Of a DNA stretch of 64,000 nt, positions 18,644 to 27,594 are shown piece by piece. The notes under the pieces were generated by a model. The model worked only from the letters and a program-made list of their open reading frames with translations. It did no database searches and was not told where the DNA came from. The stretch lies in assembly GCA_964412585.1 (NCBI GenBank), contig CAYPPJ010000005.1, forward strand, positions 1,512 to 65,511, read 5' to 3'. How positions within the stretch are numbered: the first letter of the stretch is position 1; each line of letters starts with the position of its first letter. This DNA is from an uncultured Candidatus Saccharibacteria bacterium. GTDB taxonomy: Bacteria > Patescibacteriota > Minisyncoccia > Phycocordibacterales > PALSA-1337. The position numbers and the translations under genes were made by a program.

Positions 18644-20167
18644 ATGAATAGCATCAAGAAACACCCCCTCATTTGGGGCTTTATCGGTATCATTGTCATC
18701 ATTATCGTCATTATTATTGCTTTTGGTAGCAAGGGACCAGAGGAACAGACTATGATTGTGCACCGAGCAGACTATACCAACACTGTCGCCGTCTCAGGAA
18801 AAGTAGTGGCAGCACAGAACTCGGATCTTGGATTTGATCAAAGTGGACGAGTCGCAACCATATCCGCGGCTGTTGGCGACAAGGTCAAAGTTGGTACAGT
18901 CATCGCCTCTATCGACAATGCTGCCATTCGCGCCGATCTTGCCCAAAAGCAGGCAACACTTGAAAAAGAACAGGCCAAACTCGCGGCCCTCCGCCGAGGT
19001 ACGAGGACCGAAGAACTTGCCGTATCCGAACAAAAATATCTTGACGCATCATCTGCTCTTATCATTGCTTTGCGAAATGCATATACACAAACAGAAGGAG
19101 CTATCCTCACAAAAGCAGATACTTTGTTCAATAATGGCAACAGCGTCAATCCGACACTCAACATCAATGCGCAGTCTGATACCCAAAAGCGCGCAATCGA
19201 ACTTGAGAGAATCGCACTTGGTGACACGCTTGCTACATGGAGAAGTGCACTCGCCACGTTGACGGCAGGAGCAGACGCTAAAACACTCGCGAGCGTTCGT
19301 ACAAAAGGGACACAAGTAATGGCCGCCACAAAATTATTTATTGACCACCTTGCGACTATTACCAACAATCTCAACATCAATAACGCGGGAGTATCGCAGG
19401 CAACGATCGACACATATCGCTCGACAATAAATGCTGCAGCGCAACAGATTGGTACTACCGCTTCGACAGAGCAAGAAAGCTACAGCGTATGGACATCTTC
19501 TTCCAAGTCGCTCACTCTTGACCAATCAGGATCAGCTACAGAAGACATTACCGCACAAGCGGCACAGGTCAGATCTGCTGAAGCGGATGTCGCCAATGCC
19601 CAAGCCCAGCTTCGTAAAACACTTATTGTCGCGCCTTTTGATGGAAGTATCACAAAGATGGATCTCAAGATAGGAGAGATCGCTTCACCAAACACTTCAA
19701 AAGTCTCTATGATGAGTACCAACACATTTGAAATAGACAGTTATATTCCTGAAGTCTATATCGCCCGTGTCACCGTTGGTAACACTGCCACCCTCACACT
19801 CGACGCTTTTGGCAGCGAGCGCACATTCAATGCTTCTGTCATCTCTATTGAACCAGCCGAGACAGTGAAAGATGGCGTTTCGACATACAAAACAAAACTT
19901 CGTCTCGTCGATGGTGACCCGCAGATTCGTTCAGGTATGACAGCTAATATTCAGATTATAACCGAAATCAAGGAACAGGTTATCGCCGTACCTCAAGGTG
20001 TCATCATATCTGCCGATGGAACAAAGTATGTCGAGGTCAAACGTGGCGCTGTCAATGAACGCGTACCAGTCACACTTGGCGGCACAGCAGGCTTTGGTCA
20101 CATCGAGGTCATTTCTGGCTTGCAAGAAGGAGATATCGTCGTCCTCCCGCCAGTCACCACCAATTAA
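18644..20167 (+). CDS. efflux periplasmic adaptor (HlyD/MacA-like membrane fusion protein) with a long coiled coil
   Basis: N-terminal TM helix, a biotinyl/lipoyl-like beta segment, a long Ala/Gln-rich helical hairpin, and a C-terminal beta-barrel. The ORF opens at 18584. The start is probably MNSIKK at 18644. Confidence 0.7.
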   Translation: MNSIKKHPLIWGFIGIIVIIIVIIIAFGSKGPEEQTMIVHRADYTNTVAVSGKVVAAQNSDLGFDQSGRVATISAAVGDKVKVGTVIASIDNAAIRADLAQKQATLEKEQAKLAALRRGTRTEELAVSEQKYLDASSALIIALRNAYTQTEGAILTKADTLFNNGNSVNPTLNINAQSDTQKRAIELERIALGDTLATWRSALATLTAGADAKTLASVRTKGTQVMAATKLFIDHLATITNNLNINNAGVSQATIDTYRSTINAAAQQIGTTASTEQESYSVWTSSSKSLTLDQSGSATEDITAQAAQVRSAEADVANAQAQLRKTLIVAPFDGSITKMDLKIGEIASPNTSKVSMMSTNTFEIDSYIPEVYIARVTVGNTATLTLDAFGSERTFNASVISIEPAETVKDGVSTYKTKLRLVDGDPQIRSGMTANIQIITEIKEQVIAVPQGVIISADGTKYVEVKRGAVNERVPVTLGGTAGFGHIEVISGLQEGDIVVLPPVTTN

Positions 20168-20173
20168 CACCGC

Positions 20174-21430
20174 ATGTCTTCACTGCTCAATGTCCGTATT
20201 GGCGCATTCCTGGCACTTCGCCAGATCAAACGCTCAAGCAAGTGGACCACGACATTGATTATTTTCGTGATGATTTTGACGTTCCTGAACCTCGTCGTCG
20301 TTTCAGGTGTTCTGGTGGGACTCATCCAAGGATCGGTTGATGCTCAGCGCAGACAATATACCAGTGATGTCATCATTTCGACATTAAGTACCAAGACATA
20401 TATTGAGCACAGCGCCGATATCATTTCCCTGCTGCGTTCCTTGCCAGAAGTTGATGCAATCAGTCCACGCTATGTGAGCGGTGTGCAACTTGAGGCAAAC
20501 TACAAGACTCGTATCAACCAAAACGACAAAGCAAATACGGCAGGTGGCGAACTCGTCGGTATCGACCCACGAAGTGAAGACGAGATTACCAATCTCTCGA
20601 AGTTCGTTATCGAAGGATCATACCTCTTGCCGACTGATTATGACCAAATCTTACTTGGTTCCTTCTTGGTCAAAAAATATGTCCCAGTCAACAACCCTGG
20701 GTTTAGCGCCTTGGAAAATGTTGAACCTGGATCAAAAATCCGTATCAAAGTTAATGGCATCGTCCGCGAGGTTACCGTTAAAGGTATCCTCAAAAGCAAG
20801 GTCAACGAGACTGGTTTGCGCTCATTTATGGTCGACAGCCAACTCCGTAGCTTGATTGGTCGCAATGATTTTAATGTGGGAGAAATTGCGGTACGCCTCA
20901 AAGCGGGGGCTGATCCTATACTGGTGCGCGACACACTGATTCGCAGCGGGGTCAACACAGTCGCCAAGGTGCAAACGTATGTTGATGCACAGCCAAAGTT
21001 TCTCAAAGATATCAAAGATACCTTTGCACTCCTAGGTAATATGATTAGCTCTATTGGTCTCGTCGTAGCCTCAATTACCATCTTTATTGTGATCTTTATC
21101 AATGCTATTACTCGCCGCAAATTCATTGGTATTCTGAAAGGCATCGGCATCAATGGTAAAGCCATTGAGATTTCATACGTCATTCAGTCTATTTTCTATG
21201 CAGCCTGTGGTTCTATTATTGGGCTTGTATTTATCTTCGGATTCCTTCAGCCACTCATAGCCGCACACCCGATCGACTTCCCCTTCAGTGACGGTATTCT
21301 CGTGGCTCCATTCGGCGAGACATTGCTCCGCGTTGGATTACTCATCTTTGCCACCATCATTGCGGGATATATCCCCGCACGCATGATTGTTCGCAAGAAT
21401 ACACTTGATTCGATATTAGGGCGAAAATAA
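20174..21430 (+). CDS. ABC transporter permease, FtsX/MacB type with a periplasmic domain
   Basis: 418 aa. TM1, then a ~250 aa extracytoplasmic domain, then 3 C-terminal TM helices (FtsX fold). Confidence 0.8.
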   Translation: MSSLLNVRIGAFLALRQIKRSSKWTTTLIIFVMILTFLNLVVVSGVLVGLIQGSVDAQRRQYTSDVIISTLSTKTYIEHSADIISLLRSLPEVDAISPRYVSGVQLEANYKTRINQNDKANTAGGELVGIDPRSEDEITNLSKFVIEGSYLLPTDYDQILLGSFLVKKYVPVNNPGFSALENVEPGSKIRIKVNGIVREVTVKGILKSKVNETGLRSFMVDSQLRSLIGRNDFNVGEIAVRLKAGADPILVRDTLIRSGVNTVAKVQTYVDAQPKFLKDIKDTFALLGNMISSIGLVVASITIFIVIFINAITRRKFIGILKGIGINGKAIEISYVIQSIFYAACGSIIGLVFIFGFLQPLIAAHPIDFPFSDGILVAPFGETLLRVGLLIFATIIAGYIPARMIVRKNTLDSILGRK

Positions 21431-21439
21431 ACAACTACC

Positions 21440-22117
21440 ATGATAGAAACACGCAACCTCAAAAAAGCATTCCAAAATGGAGCAACGACAACCGAGATTC
21501 TCAAAGGTATCGATTTTCATGTCGAGCGTGGTGAGTTCGTAGCGATCATGGGACGTTCTGGTGCCGGCAAAAGTACGTTCATGTACCAGATCAGTCTCCT
21601 CGACGAACCGACCAGTGGTGAGATCATCATCAATGGTGGACACAATGCAGCCCTCATGAGCAATGAAGAAAAAACAGACTTCAGATTGACTCGTCTCGGG
21701 TATGTATTCCAAGATTACGCACTCATTCCAGAACTAACCGCACTCGAGAACGTTGCTCTGCCACTCTTGATGCAGGACATACCGCAAAAAACAGCCTACG
21801 TGCAGGCCGGAGAAGCCTTGAGACGTGTTGGACTATCTACTCATATGAATCAGTTACCGAGTCAGCTCTCAGGCGGTGAGCAGCAACGTGTCAGTATCTC
21901 ACGTGCCATCGCTCATAAGCCAGACATTCTCTTTGCTGATGAACCAACCGCCAACCTCGATAACGAGTCATCAAAGGTCATCATGAATATCTTCCTCGAG
22001 CTTCATCGTGCGGGCCAAACTATCATCATGGTTACGCACGAACCAGAATATGGAAAAATGGCACAAAAGATTGTACACCTAGATGATGGAAGGATTGTGA
22101 ATATTACGAAGAATTAG
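21440..22117 (+). CDS. ABC transporter ATP-binding protein (MacB/LolD type)
   Basis: Walker A GRSGAGKST, signature LSGGEQQRV, and Walker B ILFADEPT. Confidence 0.9.
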   Translation: MIETRNLKKAFQNGATTTEILKGIDFHVERGEFVAIMGRSGAGKSTFMYQISLLDEPTSGEIIINGGHNAALMSNEEKTDFRLTRLGYVFQDYALIPELTALENVALPLLMQDIPQKTAYVQAGEALRRVGLSTHMNQLPSQLSGGEQQRVSISRAIAHKPDILFADEPTANLDNESSKVIMNIFLELHRAGQTIIMVTHEPEYGKMAQKIVHLDDGRIVNITKN

Positions 22118-22243
22118 GCTTTGCAAATTCCCCTATGCAGCGCTAGGGTTTTCGAACAACAACATAAAGTCACAGCCGTACTCCGCGTACCTCCGTCTTT
22201 TCATGTTGTTGTGAGGAAACCTCTGGCGCTGTATAGGGGAATT

Positions 22244-22837
22244 TTAATACTTCCTGACCACACCAGTCACCTTTGCAGCAATCTTGATATCGTACTCGGG
22301 ATAGATAGGCTTGTAGTTTTTGTTTGCAGGCTCAAGATAGACTTGCCCACCCTTTTTCCTCAAATACTTCATCGTCCAGCCACCGTCCACCTCGGCAATG
22401 ACAATATCTCCTTCGCGAGGGTTCGATGTGCGCTCCGCAACCACCAAGTCTCCTTCTTGGATGCCCGCATCGATCATGGAATCTCCCTTGACCTCAAGCA
22501 GGTAGGTTTTATCTTTGTCATTTATCAAATATTCATCAATACTCAACGTATCAAGTACTGTCTCCTCTGCCACTGTCGGAAAGCCAGCCTCAACAAGCCC
22601 AAGCATAGGAACTTCTCCGATAAGCTTGTTGGGTATCAGGCGACCGCTGGAATCTTTTTCAAGCACACCTTCGCCAATAAGCTTGTTGACGAGCTTGTAA
22701 ACGGCATTTTTGGACTTGAAACCAACCAGCTGCATAATCTCCGCATAACTCGGCATGCGCTTGGTACGTTTGTAGAAAGATATGATTTTGTTCTTGTAAG
22801 AATCACTCATGGGGTTAAGTAACGTTAAGTTGGGCAT
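22244..22837 (-). CDS. lexA: LexA repressor (S24 peptidase family)
   Basis: N-terminal winged HTH. A VEAG-F cleavage region. Ser-Lys dyad context with GDSMIDAGIQEGDLVV and GDIVIAEVDGGWTMKYL. Confidence 0.9.
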   Translation of the reverse strand: MPNLTLLNPMSDSYKNKIISFYKRTKRMPSYAEIMQLVGFKSKNAVYKLVNKLIGEGVLEKDSSGRLIPNKLIGEVPMLGLVEAGFPTVAEETVLDTLSIDEYLINDKDKTYLLEVKGDSMIDAGIQEGDLVVAERTSNPREGDIVIAEVDGGWTMKYLRKKGGQVYLEPANKNYKPIYPEYDIKIAAKVTGVVRKY

Positions 22838-22938
22838 GTATCAATTGTAGCACTTGTGCCGCTCTTACAGTCCACGAAGCAGATACACTCGGGGAGAATA
22901 CATCCGTTTCATAGACTTGAAGCACGGCACAAGTCCAA

Positions 22939-23130
22939 CTAATTGAATGCGAGTGTGAAGAAGCTAAACATCGAACGACGAGGAGCAAGACGAGCAAGCT
23001 GGGCCATCAAGAACCTGTGTCGGAGCGCTTCACGCCTGTACGAAACGCCTTTGATGATGCGGAGGTCAATCTCTTGATTGAGACGATCTATCTCAGCTCG
23101 AATAGTTTTGATGGTTTGATGCTTGCTCAT
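22939..23130 (-). CDS. small hypothetical protein (63 aa) behind the SOS-box promoter, upstream of lexA
   Basis: ATG at 23130 lies 50 nt downstream of the promoter that contains the Cheo box. Helical, basic. Confidence 0.4.
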   Translation of the reverse strand: MSKHQTIKTIRAEIDRLNQEIDLRIIKGVSYRREALRHRFLMAQLARLAPRRSMFSFFTLAFN

Positions 23131-23177
23131 ACTTGTCTTCGTTTATATTGATAAATGCAGTTCACTACTGCCTTATC

Positions 23178-23206
23178 ATTATAGGTGAACTATCGTTCAC
23201 CTGCAA
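23178..23206 (-). promoter_or_regulatory. promoter with a LexA (Cheo-type) operator in the spacer: TTGCAG, then gGTGAACgataGTTCACc, then TATAAT
   Basis: On the minus strand, a -35 TTGCAG, a 17-nt spacer equal to the perfect palindrome AGGTGAAC-TATC-GTTCACCT (GAAC-N4-GTTC core), and a -10 TATAAT. Confidence 0.65.
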
Positions 23207-23286
23207 GTATAAAGGTGTGGACAACCCTTGATTGTGCCTGCTATGGACACAATCAAGGAGCCGTGGCCGGATGGCCATAACCTTAT

Positions 23287-24264
23287 CTATTGCACACCAT
23301 TCGCACCTTCAATAAGCTTTGGCTTGTCAGGATCCTGTGCCGATTCAGGAGGAACATATCGAGTACCTGGATAATTTGGTGATGAAGGTGGCTGATAATT
23401 TGGATCGCTTGAATTGGGTGAAGATGTATTATCCGGAACGACTGAGGTGTCAGTGTTCCCTGTGCCATCATCTGATGATGGTGTGGAACTTTGTCCTGAG
23501 GGATTGTTCGCTTCTTGTAAATCATGCTGCAAGTCGGCAACGTGTTGATTTGCGGCAGAAGTATCGTCTTGTTGTTGCTGTACAACCGACGGAGGGACCG
23601 ACGTCTGCGCCAGATCCGAAACTGCTTGGTTCGCATCTTTGATAGCCTGATCAACGGCACTCTGGTCCGCAGAAATATCAGAAGGGCTCAGTCCTGAATT
23701 TTCTGGAGTAAGTTGTTCGACTAATTTTTTCAAGTCCTGAATATCTTGTTTAATCTCGGCAGCATACTGTGAAGCCTGCGCGGCAGCGGTTGGATTTGAG
23801 TTCAGTGAAGGATTGCTTACCAATTGCCTCCATTCTTCGAGTATTTGTTTTATGTGTTCTTGCTCGGCAATAATATTCTGTTGGATTTTCAGCTGAGCGG
23901 GAGATGGCTGTGATGCCTTGAGGTCTCCGATAACCCTATCGATACGTCCCACGATATCAGTCAGGACATTCTCGTAGACTTCTTGTCGAACTGCAGCGAG
24001 CGCCTCAGCTGAAGTCGGATAATTTGTTAAGAGGTTCAAACGTTCAAGCTCTACGCGCGCATCGATGCGTGCCTGCGCCAGTTCAGCCGCAATCTGCTCA
24101 GCACTGGCATGGCCAGTAGCAAGCATTTCAGCACTCTTCACGAGGGCATCCTTACCCGCTTCATCATCACGAATCTGCACAGAAACGTAGACCCCTCCCG
24201 CAACGAGAGCTAGGATGAAAACCGAACTAATAATAAAAGCTGGTTGTAAGAGGAGCCGATTCAT
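23287..24264 (-). CDS. hypothetical membrane-anchored protein with a coiled-coil and a Gln/Ser/Pro-rich low-complexity C-terminus
   Basis: N-terminal TM helix. The start codon overlaps the livF stop (translational coupling). Low-complexity tail. Confidence 0.55.
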   Translation of the reverse strand: MNRLLLQPAFIISSVFILALVAGGVYVSVQIRDDEAGKDALVKSAEMLATGHASAEQIAAELAQARIDARVELERLNLLTNYPTSAEALAAVRQEVYENVLTDIVGRIDRVIGDLKASQPSPAQLKIQQNIIAEQEHIKQILEEWRQLVSNPSLNSNPTAAAQASQYAAEIKQDIQDLKKLVEQLTPENSGLSPSDISADQSAVDQAIKDANQAVSDLAQTSVPPSVVQQQQDDTSAANQHVADLQHDLQEANNPSGQSSTPSSDDGTGNTDTSVVPDNTSSPNSSDPNYQPPSSPNYPGTRYVPPESAQDPDKPKLIEGANGVQ

Positions 24265-25002
24265 CTATGTTTTACCCAAAAATACTTTTTCTAATACTCC
24301 GGCTGAGATAATGGTGTGCGGATTGCCTTCAGCATAAACCTTCCCCTTATCGAGCACATACGCACGGGTGGTAATTTCGAGCAGTGATTTCAAATTGTGT
24401 TCAACCACAACAATGGCCATCTTGCGACGCTCATTGATCTCCTTCACTTTGGCAAATACCTCCTTTACAATCTTGGGTGCCAAGCCAAGCGATGGCTCGT
24501 CGAGAAGAAGAATTTTTGGATCAGTCATGAGACCACGTGCAATAGCGAGCATCTGCTGCTGACCGCCAGAAAGTGTGCCTGACTTTGCTTTGAGCTTGCC
24601 ACGAAGCGCAGGAAAGAGGTCGAGTACATTTTCCATACGCTCCTTGCGTTCTTTGGCGCTCGCAATGGACCAGCCGCCAATCTCGATATTTTCATAGACA
24701 GTCAAATGTTTGAAGACGCGACGCCCTTGTGGCACAAATGAAATGCCTCGATGAACAACTTCATGAGATACAGGCGCAAATTCCTTGCCTTCCCAGTAAA
24801 CTTTGCCGGTCTCAATAGGGGCCAGACCAAAGATGGCTTTGAGGATAGTAGATTTGCCCGCGCCGTTGGGACCCATGAGTGCAACGACTTCCCCTTCGTC
24901 GATAGAAACAGATGCTCCTGCAAGCGCTTTGACGCCGCCATAGTGGACATGGATGTCGTTGAGGCGCAACAATGTTTCTGAAGCGGTTTTATCCTGTGAC
25001 AT
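24265..25002 (-). CDS. livF: branched-chain amino acid ABC transporter ATP-binding protein LivF-like
   Basis: GPNGAGKST, LSGGQQQMLAIARGL, LLLDEPSLGLAP. Promoter TTGCAA, then 17 nt, then a TG-extended CACAAT at 25010-25040, with a short leader. Confidence 0.9.
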   Translation of the reverse strand: MSQDKTASETLLRLNDIHVHYGGVKALAGASVSIDEGEVVALMGPNGAGKSTILKAIFGLAPIETGKVYWEGKEFAPVSHEVVHRGISFVPQGRRVFKHLTVYENIEIGGWSIASAKERKERMENVLDLFPALRGKLKAKSGTLSGGQQQMLAIARGLMTDPKILLLDEPSLGLAPKIVKEVFAKVKEINERRKMAIVVVEHNLKSLLEITTRAYVLDKGKVYAEGNPHTIISAGVLEKVFLGKT

Positions 25003-25091
25003 AGGTAAATTGTGCCATTTTTTCGAAACTATTGCAAAATCTTACAGCGCTGATAGGATTGGGGTAAACTGCGGTCAAAGAAAGGCCCCCT

Positions 25092-25391
25092 ATGGTACAC
25101 AATGCAATACTCCAGGCAGTTTTGGAGGGTCGCACTGTTACTGTAGTGGTTACCGGCGGAGAGGTAGACGTTGGCATATTCAAGGCCAATATTCGGAGGA
25201 TACACGGCGGCGTCGCATTCGGCGTCATCAAAGGTGTATCCAACGGAGTGATCGAGCAAAAAATCACCATACCCCCTTCGGGTGTGGAAGGAATACGGAA
25301 TCAGCTCATGAGTCTCTTGAGCCAATCCTCTCTCGACATCAAACCCTTCGAACCGGAACCAGCACATGAAACACACGACTCGCCAAAATAG
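25092..25391 (+). CDS. possible small protein (99 aa) in a GC-rich 438-bp spacer
   Basis: ORF of protein-like composition, followed by a C8 tract and a hairpin/T-run. Opposite in orientation to all its neighbours. Confidence 0.2.
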   Translation: MVHNAILQAVLEGRTVTVVVTGGEVDVGIFKANIRRIHGGVAFGVIKGVSNGVIEQKITIPPSGVEGIRNQLMSLLSQSSLDIKPFEPEPAHETHDSPK

Positions 25392-25440
25392 CCCCCCCCG
25401 TCGCGCTCCCTAGGAACTTCTTTTCTTCGGAGCGTGATTT

Positions 25441-26583
25441 TTATTTTATTTCTTCTGCGATACCACCTTTCATAACTCGCATTGTAATCGCTCGATCTAC
25501 TTCACAATCACTATTGAACGTAAACGGCCCACTAACGCCAGAGTAGGTGCCGAGTTTATTTATAAGATAGCTTGAAACAGCTTCTGGAGTTTGAGTATCA
25601 GCATTCGCAAGTCCTTGAGCTAATACGCGAATAGAATCATAACTGTTTGCCGCGTGTGGAGACGGATATTCGCCATATCGCTCTTTGTACGCGGATTTGA
25701 AGGAGACAATGTCGGGGTTTTCGCCTTCAGCAGGATCTGATGTATATGCGTAATCTGCGTAAAATACACCCTCCTCAAGGTCCTTATTTTTGAACTGCGG
25801 ATTCATGGTCGTCCAATTCTCACTTACAATAGGCTTCGATAGGCCGAGGTCTCGAATTTGTTTGAACATTGGTTCGACTGTATTGTAAATATTCGTAGTC
25901 ACGAGAATATCATAATCTTTCTCCATGCCCTTGAGTTTGGTAACCTGCGTCCTAAAATCTGAAGCTGCTTGATCGAACTTTTCTTGAGCGACGACTGTAC
26001 CTCCAATTGCTTTCAATCGCTCAATGGTCTTATCTTGAATGCCTTGACCATAATCGTTATTCGGCATCAAAAATGCGACGCGTGGTTTGGAAAACTTTTT
26101 GGCTATAAAATCAGCTAATGCCGGACCATAACTGTCTGCGGTCAACGCAAGACGGCACGTGAGAGGATTGTCGTCTTTATATGCCGGAATTGCGGCCGAT
26201 GGAACAATACCGAGGTTACCATCTGCCCTGATAACAGGCCCCACAGCTGCGGCAGCAGATGATCCGTCAAGAAAGAAGAACTTTATCCCTTGCCCTTTTA
26301 ATTTTTCATATGAAGGAACCGCGCGCTTTGAGTCATAAGCATAATCTTCAATGACGGTCTCAACTTTACGTCCATTTATTCCGCCCGTTTTGTTGATATC
26401 ATCGACTGCCAACGAAATGCCGTTCAGGCTTATTTTTGCAAAAGCAGCTGCTGGACCAGTCGGGAATGATACGACACCGATTTTGATGGTATCGGAAACT
26501 GTCGACTTACGAGAAGATGAAATGACCCAAATTATTATAATTATAACTACAATTCCTATTATAATTTTGGCTGTTTTATTCAT
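25441..26583 (-). CDS. LivK-family (PBP type I) ABC substrate-binding protein, N-terminal TM anchor (paralog 1)
   Basis: N-terminal signal anchor KIIIGIVVIIIIIWVI. Periplasmic-binding fold with a GPxxG loop. Similar to 11 other SBPs in the window. Confidence 0.85.
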   Translation of the reverse strand: MNKTAKIIIGIVVIIIIIWVISSSRKSTVSDTIKIGVVSFPTGPAAAFAKISLNGISLAVDDINKTGGINGRKVETVIEDYAYDSKRAVPSYEKLKGQGIKFFFLDGSSAAAAVGPVIRADGNLGIVPSAAIPAYKDDNPLTCRLALTADSYGPALADFIAKKFSKPRVAFLMPNNDYGQGIQDKTIERLKAIGGTVVAQEKFDQAASDFRTQVTKLKGMEKDYDILVTTNIYNTVEPMFKQIRDLGLSKPIVSENWTTMNPQFKNKDLEEGVFYADYAYTSDPAEGENPDIVSFKSAYKERYGEYPSPHAANSYDSIRVLAQGLANADTQTPEAVSSYLINKLGTYSGVSGPFTFNSDCEVDRAITMRVMKGGIAEEIK

Positions 26584-26588
26584 ATAAT

Positions 26589-27590
26589 TTATATTACTTC
26601 CACCTCACTCCCTTTCACCTGCTTAAGAATAAGCGGTCTCTTATATACTCCGAAACTATCAAACATGCCCGACGAATCAAGCTTCTTTTTTACACACAAT
26701 GCATCTCCATCGCATTCTTTCAACGTGGTCGCCGCAATATGCGCTGCTTGCTTTGATAATTCATAGACTGCACCCTGTGTTCCTCCCAAATCCCCCGCAA
26801 ATGAATAGAATACATCAGGAACCAGTGTACGCACGGCAGGCAACTCGGTAACGTAGGTGCCGAAGATTGGCGCAGTCACGCCAAGCTGACGGATTTTGAT
26901 GACCCCACTTCCAAAAAAGAATGCGGCATCAGGTGAATAGATCGCGTCAGGCTTCTCGGATTTGATTTTTGCCAATTCAGGCGCAACATCAGCTGTATTA
27001 TCAACAAAGGTGTGTTCGATAATTTCACCCTTAAACGCAGCCTTAAAGGCCTTTAGATGCGTTTCAGAAAAAGCATTGCGATAACTTACGACTGCCACCT
27101 TTTTGTAGCCGCGCTCCATCATTTTCTGCGCAATAAATGTAGATTCATTTTCAAGTGAATATTGGACGTTGAAGAACCGCCCGTCACTTTGAGTATAGAG
27201 ATCACTTGAAGCTGCTGAAGGTACCAACACAACTGCACCTGTCTCTTTGATTAACGGAATGACTGCCTCTTGTGGTGAACCGCAAGCCGGACCGATGATA
27301 ACTTGAATTTTTTCGAATTGGACGAGCTTGTTAAATGCGGAGACGGCATCCTTTGGCTCACACTTGTCATCTTCGAATACAAACTGAACGTCCAGCGTTG
27401 ACGAAGCTTCAGCCAAGACACCCTTGCGAATCTCTTCACCATAGTCAGCAAATGGTCCCGAAAGCACCGCAATGACGCCAACACGGAGATTTTTCGCTGT
27501 TGGCTTTTCCCCCTTCGTCGCAATCACCCAGACAATAAAAGCGAGGATGATGGCGGTGATTGTTATTTTAAGGGATTTGTTCATGCGCAT
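26589..27590 (-). CDS. LivK-family ABC substrate-binding protein (paralog 2, shorter)
   Basis: TM anchor and a type I PBP pattern. Confidence 0.8.
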   Translation of the reverse strand: MRMNKSLKITITAIILAFIVWVIATKGEKPTAKNLRVGVIAVLSGPFADYGEEIRKGVLAEASSTLDVQFVFEDDKCEPKDAVSAFNKLVQFEKIQVIIGPACGSPQEAVIPLIKETGAVVLVPSAASSDLYTQSDGRFFNVQYSLENESTFIAQKMMERGYKKVAVVSYRNAFSETHLKAFKAAFKGEIIEHTFVDNTADVAPELAKIKSEKPDAIYSPDAAFFFGSGVIKIRQLGVTAPIFGTYVTELPAVRTLVPDVFYSFAGDLGGTQGAVYELSKQAAHIAATTLKECDGDALCVKKKLDSSGMFDSFGVYKRPLILKQVKGSEVEVI

Positions 27591-27594
27591 GTAC

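Noticed and set aside
22851-22935. 10-bp inverted repeat acttgtgccg / cggcacaagt flanking 64 nt just upstream of lexA, considered as a LexA operator
   Set aside because: It is not a GAAC-N4-GTTC type site and the arm spacing is too large for a dimeric operator. It is more likely incidental or an mRNA structure. The convincing Cheo box is at 23184-23201.
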